From assembly GCA_951406725.2 (NCBI GenBank), contig OX597815.1:180358001-180422000 (forward strand): DNA of 64,000 nt, written 5' to 3'. The notes beneath the pieces were generated by a model. It did not search any database, was not told where the DNA came from, and worked only from the letters and a program-made list of their open reading frames with translations. The stretch is from Octopus vulgaris. Its lineage: Eukaryota. Below, piece after piece: positions 24,901 through 37,786 of this stretch (the stretch's first letter is position 1; each line of letters opens with the position of its first letter). A program made the position numbers and the translations under genes.

Positions 24901-26969
24901 GATTCCAAATATTCTGTTTTAGAGGAATCTATATTTTATTTTAGCTTATATGATAGATCTTGGCGAGAGGAATCTATCCATGTTACTTATTTGCAAAAAT
25001 ATTCAGTAGAATAAAAAGCACTGAGTTAAAACCCGGCAAAAAACATAGATTAAAGCCTGAAATCGAAATTTGTCTTGAAATATTTTCATTTCAAACAAAA
25101 GTAAAAATTCTCAAAATCAGTTTCAGATGTAACTCTCCCGTTTCTCACATATTTTACTGAAACTTTTTTTACTACTGTAACAATTTTCAAATTTTGTAGC
25201 TGTAAAGATAGCTTGGAATGTGACCAACTGAGAAATGTAAACATCATCTAATTTGGTAAAAGACTCAGTTAGTGAGAAAGCCTAGAAGTGGTGGTGGGGG
25301 AGTAAATGTTAACCTTAAGGATATTGTTCATGCACTTGCATGTCTGAATGATATTTTTTGGAAAGATTAGCTCCACAACAATCGGCTTCATAAGTTTTAT
25401 CATATGTGGTAGTAAATAAAAAAATTGTTAGGTTTTGAATTTCATTTTAGGTGTTAGCTCTTTTTTTTGGCACGTTTGGACCCAGGAGTTTTTTATTTGA
25501 AATTGTTCATGATATAATTGGCATCATCGGATTCCTCCAGTAGAAATCTCTGAAAAGTTGAATTTAAATATAGTTTTCGCTTAAAATAATATTTGGAGTC
25601 AAAATTTGATTTCAGGTGTTAATCGGGGGGTTTTTTGTTGGTTTTTTTTTTGGCTAATTTTCACATTAGTACTTTTTTTATACTGAATATTTTTGCATAT
25701 AAGTAACATGGATAGATTCCACTCACTGAGATCCTACATATAAGTTAAGATAAAATATAGATTTCTGTCATATGTGGTATACAAAAAATATCAGGTCTTC
25801 AATTTGATAATAATATTTCAATTTCAGGTGTTAATCTCCATTTGTTTTTCACCAGGTTTTTACCTCAGTACTTCTTTTTGCTACTGAATAATTTTGTAGA
25901 TAAGTAACATGGATAGATTCCTCTTGCCAAAATTTATCATATAAACTAAAATTAAATGTAGACTTCTTTAAAAAAAAAAAAGGAAAAAAATTTGGATTCA
26001 AAATCGATTTCAGGTGTTACTTTCACGTTTTTGATCTTACATGTTTTACTGAAAGTATTTTTCTACCAAAACAATTTTCAGATTTTGTAGCTGAAAATAT
26101 AGCTTGTGATGTGACCAATCTAGAAATGTAAACATCGTCTAATTTGAAATCGACTTTGGGTTAAAAATTTTTTTTTCTTTAAAGAAATCTATATTTTATT
26201 TTAGCTGATATGATAGACCTCGGCAAGAGGAATCTATCCATGTCAATTAGATGCAAAAATATTCTGTACAAAAAATGTACTGAATTGAAAACTGGCAAAA
26301 ACAAAAAAAAAAAGAGTGATGCTGGAAATCAACATTGACTCCAAATATTATTCTTATTTCCAAAGAATATTATATTGAAATTCAACTTTTTACAGACATC
26401 TCCGCTAGAGGAATCCAGTAATGCCAATTATATCAAGACGAGTGTCTTGGTGCTAATATTTGCAAAGAGTATCATTCACACATGGTAGAGTGTGAATAGT
26501 ATTCTGAAGGTCAACATTTACTCACTCATGACCACTTCTAGGATTTGTCACTAACTCTTTTAACCAAATTAGATTTGTCACATCACAAACTACATTTTCA
26601 GCTACAAAATTTGAAAATACCTTCAGTAGAAAAAACTTTCAGTAAAATATGAGAGGTCAAAAATGGATGAGTAACCCCTGAAATAACTATTGAGTTCAAA
26701 TATTTTTTTTAAAGAAATCTATAATTTCGATTATATGATGGGTCTTGGCAAGAGAAATCTATCCATATTACAAAGATGCAAAAATATTCAGTAGAAAAAA
26801 ACTGTGGAAGGCTGTGTGGTAAGTAGCTTGCTTACCAACCACATGGTTCCAGGTTCAGTCCCACTGCATGGCACCTTGGGCAAGTGTCTTCTACTATAGT
26901 CTCGGGCTGACCAAAGCCTTGTGAGTGGATTTGGTAGACGGAAACTGAATGAAGCCCGTCGTATATATA

Positions 26970-27020
<51 letters not shown>

Positions 27021-29578
27021 GTGTGTGTCTGTTTGTCCCTCCCCCAACATCATTTGACAACCGATGCTGGTGTGTTTATGTTCCCATAACTTAGTGGTTC
27101 GGCAAAAGAGACCGATAGAATAAGTACTAGGCTTATAAAGAATAAGTCCTGGGGTCGATTTACTTGACTAAAGGTGGTGCTCCAGCATGGCCACAGTCAA
27201 ATGGCTGAAACAAGTAAAAGAGTAAGCAAAAAAAAAAAAAAGAAAGAGATTAACGCCTGAAATTGAAATTTACTTTAAATATTATTCTTATTTCGAAAGA
27301 AAACTATATTTAAATTCAACTTTCCAGGTAGATATCCACTAGAGGAATCCGATGATGCCAATTACATTAAGAGAAATTTTTAAATTAAAAATTACTGGGG
27401 CCATAAGTGCTGAAAAATGTGACAACACCTAAGATCAATTCAATGCCAAATTTTTTTTTTTTAATACCTCATACAATAGATCTTATTAAGTGATGTGGTA
27501 CTAATCTTTCCAAAATATACCATTTATACACAGTACCATTCACAGGTGATAATCTCCTTTTTTTTTGCGCCAAGTTTTACCTCAATACTTTTTTCCTACC
27601 GAATATTTTTGCATCGCTTCTTGTCTTGATGAGGTCTATGATATGAGGTATTAAAAACAGAAAAATGTTGGTATTTAATTTAAGGTGTTACCACTTTTCT
27701 CGGTACTTTTGGCGCCAGCAGTTTTCAATTTTAAAATGTTGCTTGATATAATTAGCATCATCGGATTCCTCTAGTGAATATCTATCTGAAAAATTTTGAA
27801 ATAAGAATAATATTTGGGGTCAGATTTCGATTTCATGTGTTAATCTCCCATTTTTTTCACCAAATTTTATCTCAGTACTTTTTTCTACTGAATAATTTTG
27901 CCAATAAGTAACATGGATAGATTCCCCTCACCAAGCGCTATCGTTTAAACTAAAATAAAATATGGATTCCTTTAAAAAAAATATTTGGACTCAAAGACTA
28001 TTCCAGTTGTTACTCGCTTGTTTTTGACCTCGCATATTTCACTGAAAGCTTTTTCTACCGAAGGAACTTTCAAAATTTTCTTTTAGCTGAAAATGTGGCA
28101 TAGGGTGTGACCAATCTAAAAATGTAAACATCATCCAATTTGGTTAAAAACGGAGTTAGTGACAAAGCTTAGAAGTGGCCATGAGTGAATAAATGTTGAC
28201 CTTCAGAATATTATTCACTCATTAACATGCTGGAATGATATGTTTTGAAAAGATTGGCACCACGACACTCGTCTTGATAAGCTCTATCATATGAGGTATT
28301 AAAAAAACAGAATTTTTATTTTTGAATTTGTTTTTAGGCTTTACCACTTCTTTCAGCATATCCGGCCAGAATAGTTTTTTATTCAAAAATTGTTCTTGAT
28401 ATAATTGGCATCATCGGATTTTTCTAGTGGAGATCTATCTGAAAAGTTGAATTGAAATATAGTTTTCTTTTGAAATAATAATATTTGGTATCAGATTTTG
28501 ATCTCATGTCTTAATCTTTTTTTTTTTATGCTGGGTTTTACATCAGTACTTTTTTCTACTGAATATTTTTGCAAATAAGTAACATGGATAGATTCCTCTT
28601 GCCAAGATCTATCATATAAGCTAAAATGAAATATAGATTCCTTTAAAATAAAATATTTGGACTCAATATTTATTTCAGGTGTTACTCTCCCGTTTTTGAC
28701 CTCACATATTTTACTGAAACTTATTTTCTACCGAAGGAATTTTCAAATTTTTTTTAGCTGAAAATGTAGCTTAGGATGTGACCAATCTAAAATTGTAAAC
28801 ATCATCTAATATGGTTAAAAAGTGAGTTAGTGACAAAGCCTAGAATTGGTCGTGAGTAAGTAAATGTTGACCTTAAGAATATTCATGCATTACCGTATTT
28901 GAATGATATTATTTGGAAAAATTAACACCACAACTCTTGTGTTGATGAATTCTATCATATAAGGTAGTAAAAAAAAAATAGATTTTTAGGTTTTGAATTT
29001 GAATTTAGGTGTTAATCTCTTTTTTCAGAACATTTGGCGCTGGTATTTTTTTATTTAAAATTGTTTCTTGATATCATTGGCATCATTGGATTCCTCTAGT
29101 GGCAATCTATTTGAAAAGTGGAATTTAAATATAGTTTTCTTTTGAAATAAGAAGAATATTTGGAGTCAAATTTCGATTTCAGGTGTTAATCTCCTTCTTT
29201 CTTCCACTGGGTTTTACCTCAGTACTTCTTTTCTACTGAATATTTTTGCAAATAAGTAACGTGGATAGATTCCTCATGCCAAGATCTATCATATAAGCTA
29301 AAATAAAATAAGTGACTCCAAATCTTTTTCAGGTGTTACTCTCCCTATTTTGACATCACATATTTTATTGAAACTTATGTTCTACTGAAGCAAGTTTTAA
29401 ATTTTGGCGTTGAAGATATAGCTTTGGATATGACTGATTTAAAAAGGTAAACATCATCTAATTTCAATTCTACATTTAAGAGATGAGAAATTATGTACAA
29501 TATTTACATTTGACAGATATTTATCCTCATCTTATTTCAAACCTGGGTTCTCATTCCTAAGGTATCATTCCTAAGGTA

Positions 29579-29634
<56 letters not shown>

Positions 29635-29970
29635 GCCATGGATATATGGTGTAGTAGTTAAGAGCATGGGCTACTAACCCCAAGATTCCAAGTTCGATTC
29701 CAGGCAGTGACCTGAATAATAATAACATTGAAAAATATCTGAGGAATGAGAACCCAGGTTTGAAATTTTCCCAAGACACCTGATGAAGGCTGGAGGGTAT
29801 ATCAGCCGAAACAGTGTGATAACAACAAACAAGATGAGGACAAATATCGGTCAAATGTAAATAATATCTAATTTTGTTAAAAACTGGGTTAGTGACAAAG
29901 CCTAGAATTGGTTGTGAATGAGTAAATTTTGACCTTGAGAATTTTTTGTTCTCACATGGTAGTGTGTGAA
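21960..29970. repeat. Complex AT-rich satellite, ~630-670 bp unit, about 10 diverged copies in alternating orientation blocks
   Basis: The anchor GAGTTAGTGACAAAGCCTAGAA occurs at ~21975, 22562, 23193, 24102, 25265, 28153, 28824 and 29886 (forward) and at ~24740 and ~26555 (reverse). The 28153 to 28824 spacing is 671 bp. Confidence 0.9.
29465..29865 (+). mobile_element. Non-autonomous element with tRNA-like head, hammerhead motif and inverted repeats
   Basis: Interrupts a satellite unit, with the 9-bp duplication ATCTAATTT at 29456-29464 and 29866-29874. It contains (ATT)n, a tRNA-like segment at 29640-29713, CTGATGA-a-GGCTG..CAGCC-GAAAC at 29780-29812, and the inverted pairs 29501-29537/29827-29862 and 29535-29565/29735-29765. 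Confidence 0.75.
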
Positions 29971-30175
29971 TGATATATATATACATTTATGCATATGTAT
30001 TCACAGATTATTAGTTATAGGGTTCATTAGAACCTTTACATATCAACATGTGGTATGCCAGAACTGGCTAGGTACTATAACATGGGATTCACTGTGAGAT
30101 AAAGCAACCATGAGATATCATGTGTTGATAGGATACTGCATGTATGTTAATATGTAACTACCAAATCCAGTTTAA

Positions 30176-30396
30176 CTCTTTAGTGTTCAGATTACTCTGT
30201 TAAATGTAATATTTTTTTACTCAAATTGTTTTTAATTAATCCTGCATTATCTTTTAACTTTTGAGGTTTCAGTAATGTGATTGTTTATTTTTAGAATGTC
30301 AGTGTAGATTAGGTGTGAGAGGCCAGATATCACCAGTTTGAATATAAAACATATAGAATATTTTGGCCGGATATGGCTGGTTTAAACACTAAAGGG
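30176..30396. mobile_element. piggyBac-type MITE (same family as 18182-18401)
   Basis: TTAA flanks at 30172-30175 and 30397-30400. The sequence is collinear with the 18182 copy. Confidence 0.78.
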
Positions 30397-31459
30397 TTAA
30401 ACTAGATCTGATTTAGGGTTGGTTTCAGGTGCAGCATAGGTTTAAGAAGTAGAACATAAATGGGATTGAAAATTTACTACAGCTGTTTCGAAAGAACTTT
30501 ACAGGTGTATTCGTAGATTACATCATAGGATAAACTCAGCCTCCTACGGTAGAATTTTAAACAGGTATAAACTGGTGAGGTGGAACCTTGATTGTGACAT
30601 ATCCAATGACTTATTGGATAAGTGATATTTTAGAAAAGAGCATGTGATTCTGTAAAGAAATGAGAAGTGTAATGGGTATGCAACAGGCAAAGAGGTCAAA
30701 CACCTCTAGTATTTTGAAACAGTTACTTTAATTAGTTTATAGCCACAACTTGCTATGAAGCAATGCAATACACACAAACAGGTTGTAGCCAACATATGTG
30801 ATCTGTGTGTGTTGAGAGAGAGAGAGAAAGAGATAAGTCGAGGCATTTATATTGCAAGATTGTGGGTTCGATTCCTAGACTGGGCATTGTGTTGTGTTCT
30901 TGAGCAAAGCACTTCATTTCGTGTTGCTCTGTGATCATTTCGACATCTGACGTGTGGCACCCAGTTGCACCTGTACAGGTAATGTCGATTATGTCTACAC
31001 AAACATTTCCTCACTATAAACAAATCATCTGTGTGGTTGTTCAGTAAGAAATTGTCAAACCCTCACATGTCGTCTAATGATGGGAGAGTCCATTATATAT
31101 TTATACACATACAAACACCCGCCTATATGTGTGCCTTTGTGTTTGTCTTTGTTCCCCACTACAACTTGTGAAACTGTTGGTTTGTTTATGTCCCTTCTAC
31201 CTAGTGATTTGGCAAAAAGAGACTGATAGAATAAGTATCAGGTTTTAAAAAAGGTATAAGTACTGGAGTTGATTTGCTTGACTAAAGATTTCAAGGCGGT
31301 GCCCCAGCATGGTCGCACTCAAGTGACTGAAACAAATAAAAGACAAAATAAATAAAAATTGAAAATTAGGAATATGCATATACAAACAGATATCCATATA
31401 TATGCGTGTGTATATATGTACAAAGCCATAAACATGTATAGACACACCCATACACACTC

Positions 31460-31491
<32 letters not shown>

Positions 31492-32101
31492 ATATATATT
31501 TTTTTTTCTTTTATTTCTTTCAGTCACTCTGGCCATGCTGGACCACTGCCTTTAGTTGAACAAATTGACCCCAGGACTTATTCTTTGTAAGCCCAGTGCT
31601 TATTCTATCAATTTCTTTTACTGAACTGTTAAGTTACGGGGATGTAAACACACCAACATCGGTTGTCAAATGATGTTGGAGGGACAAACACAGACACGCA
31701 AACACACACACACACATACACACATATGACAAGCTTCTTTCAGCTTCCATGTACCAAATCCACCCACAAGGCTTTGGTCAGCCTGAGGCTATAGCAGAAG
31801 ACACTTGCTCAAGGTGCCACACAGTGGGACTGAACCTGGAACCATGTGGTTGGTAAGCAAACTACTTACCATGGCCACTCTTGTGTGCTCTCTCTCCCTC
31901 TCTCTCTCTCTATATATATATAGTCGCCACATTAGCCACCACACACATTTTTTTCTCTCCTTGTTTTTTTCTGTGTCCCTTTCTGTAGAAGAGCGTAGGC
32001 TCAAAATGTAAAAGACTTTTTCTATTCCTGAGTGTTATACTAATACATCTGCTTATTTTGTACACCACCTGTCTTCATCTTTTGTTTTTTTCGTAAACTC
32101 T

Positions 32102-32143
<42 letters not shown>

Positions 32144-32655
32144 TCTCTCTCTTTAATCTTTTACTTGTTTCAGTCATTTGACTGTGGCCATGCTGGAGCA
32201 CCGCCTTTAATCGAGCAACTCGACCCCGGAACTTATTCTTTTGTAAGCTCAGTACTTATTCTATCGGTCTCTTTTGCTGAACCGCTAAGTAATGGGGACA
32301 TAAACACACCAGCATCGGTTGTCAAGCAATGCTAGGGGGACAAACACAGACACACAAACACACACGCATATATATATATATATATATACATATATATGAC
32401 GGGCTTCTTTCAGTTTCCGTCTACCAAATCCACTCACAAGGCTTTGGTCGGCCCGAGGCTATAGTAGAAGACACTTGCCCAAAGTGCCACGCAGTGGGAC
32501 TGAACCCGGAACCATGTGGCTGGTAAAATAGCTACTCACCACACAGCCACTCCTGCGCCTATATATATATATGCTATATATATATTTGCTATATATATAT
32601 ATGCTATATATATATATATATATATATATATGAATAGATAGACAGATATGTGTGC

Positions 32656-32697
<42 letters not shown>

Positions 32698-33749
32698 AAG
32701 AAAATTATACACACACACACACACATATATATAGGCATTTGTGAATAGCTAGATAACCAAATGTCATGCCGTAGAATTTCAATATATATTTTTGTTTTTC
32801 ATTCTTTCATTATCTGCTGACGTCATCTTAAGTTCAAGTACTAAACTGACTTTCCTTAGAATATTCTGTTTCTATTTAATGTTTATTTTTTTAGTTTTTT
32901 ATGCATTCAAGTATTATAGATATTATTTCAGTTCACTTTGAGTCTAACCTGTTTTGGCTTCCTTTGATAACATTGTGTTAATATAAATTTGCATATATAA
33001 ATTTTCATCTATCATAGGCACAGGAGTGGCTGTGTGGTTAGAAGCTTGCTTCCCAACCACATGGTTCCAGGTTCAGTCCCACTGCATGGCACCTTGGGCA
33101 AGTGTCTTCTACTATAGACTTGTGAGTGGATTTGGTAGACAGAAACTGAAAGAAGCCTGTTGTATATACATATATATATCATCATTATCATCATCGTTTA
33201 ACGTCCGCTTTCCATTCTAGCATGGGTTGGATGATTCGACCGGGGTCTGGGAAGCCAGGAGGCTGCACCAGGCTCCACTCTGATCTGGCAGTGTTTCTAC
33301 AGCTGGATGCCCTTCCTAACGCCAACCACTCCATGAGTGTAGTGGGTGCTTTTTACGTGCCACTGGCACAGGTGCCAGGGGAAGCTGGCAGCAGGTACGA
33401 TCGGTTGTTGCTTTTTACGTGCCACCAGCACAGAAGCCAGTCAAGGCGGTGCTGGCATCAGCCATGTTCAGATGGTGCTTTTTACGTGCCACCAGCATCA
33501 CAACTACAATTTCCATTTGATATTTATTTTGATCTATATATATACACCTACATATATGTACATACCTACATATATTTGTATATATACATGCATATATGGG
33601 TACAGAATGTCAAGAAAACATTAACAAAATGGCAAACAAGAACATGTAAACACTTTTGTTTTTGAACAACGAAAGAAACGAATAGTGAAACAAGACAGGC
33701 AACATCAAGGACATTCCCTTCATCAGTTGTCCCCTGTTTTATCTACTCC

Positions 33750-33892
33750 ACGTTGGGTACAACATATTTCAACTCGTTCTGGGTCTCTTTAGGTACATCA
33801 ATAAAAAATCTCACTAGAGATTTCTTGAGTCGGCTGAAGTACTGCTATATGTCCATCAAATTTGAAACGGGTCGAAACTTGTGTTGTACCCA
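33750..33892. repeat. Short inverted repeat, Penelope-like terminal remnant
   Basis: TTGGGTACAACATATTTCAACTCGTT is mirrored by AACGGGTCGAAACTTGTGTTGTACCCAA, followed by AATAAA. Confidence 0.4.
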
Positions 33893-34050
33893 ATAAAGTC
33901 TATTGTACATTCCCTCTCCTGTTTTATTAATATTGTTACCCCGACTGCCACTACGAAGTACCTGTAATAAATCTACGGATAACAACAGGTAATTGAAACT
34001 GTGGCAGTGTTTTACTCATCATCCACTTGTACATTTTGTACAATTTCTCC

Positions 34051-34090
<40 letters not shown>

Positions 34091-34830
34091 TATACATATG
34101 TATGTGTGTGTGTGTGTGTATATATACACACATATATATATATATGTGTGTATTTGTGTGTCTGTGTTTGTCTCTCCAACCATCACTTGACAACTGATTT
34201 TGGTGTATTTATGTTCCTATAACTTAGCGGTTCAGTAAAAGAGAATGATAGAACAGGTACTAAGCTTACAACGAGTAGTCCTGGGGTTGATTATTTTTCG
34301 ACTAAATGCGGTGCTCCAGCATGGCCACAGTCAAATGCCTGAAATAAAAGAATATTGGTTTGGCCGGTATTTTGTACCATTCTTCTGTATCGAAATATGC
34401 CACCAAAATAGAAACGACTATCTGTAATTAATCGTGTAATCATCAATTAAACGGGTGAGATTCTCCCTTCTCGTTGCTGTTGTTGTAGACTCTGGATTCT
34501 TGTAAGCGATATTTGGATTTACTTATCGTACATGAGGAATTACGTCGGATGTTAATTCTATATGAATTTATTGGTATCTGATTGTTTCATGTTATTAACC
34601 AAGTTTGCTTAACCACTGAGTGCTTTCTAGATATCTACCTGGGTTTATTAATCCATTTTACCTCTTGATATCTAGACATATACACACACACAGACACACA
34701 TATATACATATACATACACACATATACATAGACACACACACATATATATATACACACACACACACACATGCATATATATGTATAACAAACACACACATAT
34801 ATTCATCATGTATATATATATATTTATGAA

Positions 34831-35060
34831 GGCGGCGAGCTGGCAGAAGCGTTAGCATGCCGGATGAAATGGTTAGTGGTATTTCGTCTGCTGTTACGTT
34901 CTGAGTTCAAATTGCGCCGGGGTCGACTTTGCCTTTCATCCTTTCGGGGTCGATAAATTAAGTACCAGTTACGCCCTGGGGTCGATGTAATCGACTTAAT
35001 ACCTTTGTCTGTCCTTGTTTGTCCCCACTATGTTTAGCCCCTTGTGGGTAATAAAGAAAT
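34831..35060 (+). mobile_element. SINE family C (tRNA-like head), representative copy
   Basis: GGCGGCGAGCTGGCAGAAGCGTTAGC...GAGTTCAAATT (B-box-like)...CCTTTCATCCTTTCGGGGTCGATAAA. Related copies lie at ~37985-38140(-), 41420-41637(-), 51815-52030, 55685-55905, 56378-56560, 56760-56950(-) and 63720-64000(-). Confidence 0.8.
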
Positions 35061-35083
35061 ATATATATATATATTTATGTGAA

Positions 35084-35414
35084 GGCGCATGGCTCAATGG
35101 TTAGAGCGTTGAGCTTATGATCGTGAGATTGTGAGTTTGAATCCCGGACCAGGCTGCATGTTACGTTCTTGAGCATGACACATTTTCACGTTGCTCAGCT
35201 GTTCACTCAGCTGTTGAAATGAGTTGCGACGTCACTGGTGCCAAGCTGTATCAGCCTTTGCCCTTCCCTTGGATAACATCAGTGGTGAGGAGAGGGGAGG
35301 CTGGTATGCATGGGCGACTACTGGTCTTCCACAAACAACTTTGTCCGGAATTGTGCCTCGGAGGGTAACTTTCTAAGTGCAACCCCATGGTCAGTCATGA
35401 CCGAAGGGGGTCTC
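35084..35414 (+). mobile_element. SINE family D (tRNA head plus CORE-like central domain)
   Basis: A-box TGGCTCAATGG and B-box GTTTGAATCC, then CTTGAGCATGACAC...CACTCAGCTGTTGAAATGAG. A related head/core lies at ~30840-30940. Confidence 0.7.
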
Positions 35415-35417
35415 AGC

Positions 35418-35482
35418 CTATGTGTGTGTGTATACGTATGTATATAAATATGTGCGTGTATATATGTATATATATGTATGAG

Positions 35483-35514
<32 letters not shown>

Positions 35515-35780
35515 TATATATATATATGTGTGTGTGTGTGTATGTATGTGTGAGTATATATGTGTGTGTGTATGTATGTGTGAGTATATATATATGTGTG
35601 TGTGTATGTGTATATAAATATGTATGTATATATGTATATATATGTGTGAGTATATATGTATATATATATATATATATATATGAGTATATATGTGTGTGTA
35701 TGTGTGAGTATATATATATGTGTGTGTATATGTATATATAAATATATAAGCATACATATATAAACACTGAGACACATATA

Positions 35781-35821
<41 letters not shown>

Positions 35822-35930
35822 TGAGATGAACAGAGATGCAAGAACATTCATACACATCTGCACACACACACACACACATCCATGAATCTGTGCATACATA
35901 ACATGCATACATACGCAGCACCCATACACA
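35418..35930. repeat. Compound (TA)n/(TG)n/(CA)n microsatellite
   Basis: About 500 bp of interleaved dinucleotide tracts, which produce spurious YI/HT-rich ORFs. Confidence 0.95.
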
Positions 35931-36424
35931 CATAACTTCATTTAAAATCATAACTACTTTTTCCATTCCATTTAGTAAAATAAATGATGCATTGTAAGCA
36001 GCGAGTAGAATCTACATGGACTTTTTTGTGTTTGCAGCTAATAATATTTTTAATACGTAATTAGTAAATTGCTGCAAGTGACTACAAAGAAAATAACGGA
36101 GAAGATTGAAATATAATAACTAGACTAACAATAATAAAAAAAAGAGGCTGAAAATAGAAATTTGGAAATAATCAGAATGTCATCACCATTGTCGTCATCG
36201 TCATCATCTAACGTCGGTTTTCCTTGCTGACATGGGTTGGATGGTTTAGTAGAAGCTGGCAAGCTGAAGAGCTGCACCAGGCTCTAGTTGTCTGTTTTCT
36301 GGCATGGGTGTCATGGCTGGATGCCCTTTCTAGTGCCAACCACTTTACAGAGTGTACTGGGTGTTTTTTCAGGTAGCACCAGCACAAGTGCTTTTTACAC
36401 ATGGCACCTGCTTCATGCCTTTTA

Positions 36425-37582
36425 CATGGTATGAGCATGGCATGAACATGAGGTTAGCATGAGTGTGGGCTGAGCATAGTATGAGCTTGGCATGAGCATG
36501 AGCTGAGCATAGTATGAGCTTGGCATGAGCGTGAGCTGAGCATAGTATGAGCTTGGCATGAGCGTGAGGTTGGTATGAATATGGTATGAACATGAGCTTA
36601 GCATGGTATGAGCTTGGCATGAGTGTGAGCTGAGCATAGTATGAGCTTGGCATGAGCGTGAGGTTGGTATGAATATGGTATGAACATGAGCTTAGCATGA
36701 GCATGAGCTTGGCATGAGCATGAGCTTGGCATGAGCATGAGCTGAGCATAGTATGAGCTTGGCATGAGCGTGAGCTGAGCATAGTATGAGCTTGGCATGA
36801 GCGTGAGGTTGGTATGAATATGGTATGAACATGAGCTTAGCATGGTATGAGCGTGAGCTGAGCATAGTATGAGCTTGGCATGAGCGTGAGGTTGGTATGA
36901 ATATGGTATGAACATGAGCTTAGCATGGTATGAGCTTGGCATGAGCGTGAGCTGAGCATAGTATGAGCTTGGCATGAGCGTAAGGTTGGTATGAATATGG
37001 TATGAACATGAGCTTAGCATGGTATGAGCTTGGCATGAGCGTGAGCTGAGCATAGTATGAGCTTGAGGTTGGTATGAATATGGTATGAACATGAGCTTAG
37101 CATGGTATGAGCTTGGCATGAGCGTGAGCTGAGCATAGTATGAGCTTGAGGTTGGTATGAATATGGTATGAATATGAGCTTAGCATGTTATGAGCTTGGC
37201 ATGAGTGTGAGCTGAGCATAGTATGAGCTTGGCATGAGCGTGAGGTTGGTATGAATATGGTATGAACATGAGCTTAGCATGGTATGAGCTTGGCATGAGC
37301 GTGAGCTGAGCATAGTATGAGCTTGGCATGAGCGTGAGGTTGGTATGAATATGGTATGAACATGAGCTTAGCATGGTATGAGCTTGGCATGAGCGTGAGC
37401 TGAGCATAGTATGAGCTTGGCATGAGCATGGTATGAACATGAGTTTAGCATGGTATGAGCTTGGCGTGAGCTGAGCATGGTATGAGCTTGGCGTGAGCTG
37501 AGCATAGTATGAGCTTGGCATGAGCGTGAGGTTGGTATGAATATGGTATGAACATGAGCTTAGCATGAGATGAGCATAAGCT
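36425..37582. repeat. Higher-order minisatellite built from GCATGAGCTT/GGTATGA-like short motifs
   Basis: Alternating blocks GAGCTTGGCATGAGCGTGAGCTGAGCATAGTAT (33 bp) and GAGCTTGGCATGAGCGTGAGGTTGGTATGAATATGGTATGAACATGAGCTTAGCATGGTAT (~61 bp). Confidence 0.93.
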
Positions 37583-37587
37583 TAGCC

Positions 37588-37786
37588 TGAAGAAAATTCT
37601 AACTGGGCCCCACCTGCAAGGTCATGCGCTGCTTATCTTGATATGAGATAACCATGTTGCGCACATATGGTTGTGATGCATGTGCCTGGTGTACCCTTAT
37701 CAGACTGGTAGTCATGGTGGTTATACTGGGTTTCGTATATTTTACCGCAATGTCTCTTTGATGGCATGCACTGCTCTCTTACTCAA
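37588..37786 (-). mobile_element. Interspersed repeat family E
   Basis: Reverse complement of 56028-56190 (GAGTGAGAGAGCAATGCATGCCATCAAAG...GACCTTGCAGGTGGGGCCCAGTTAGAATTTTCTTC). Confidence 0.7.

Noticed and set aside
29640-29713. Functional tRNA gene (also 35084-35150)
   Set aside because: The acceptor and T stems pair poorly and the sequences are heads of interspersed elements, so they were treated as tRNA-derived.
30478-30560. Hammerhead half-motif GAAACAGCUGUA on the minus strand
   Set aside because: Palindromic stem III and GUA are present, but no intact CUGANGA or stem I partner was found. It is at most a decayed remnant.
33700-33885. CUGAUGA (minus, ~33720) and GAAACGGGUC (plus, ~33865) motifs
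   Set aside because: They lie on opposite strands and neither can be closed into a complete hammerhead.
35318-35966. ORFs of up to 207 aa rich in Y/I/H/T
   Set aside because: Translation of a dinucleotide microsatellite.
36369-37566. His/Ser/Met-rich repetitive ORFs
   Set aside because: Minisatellite translation with frame switching and no splice or start context.
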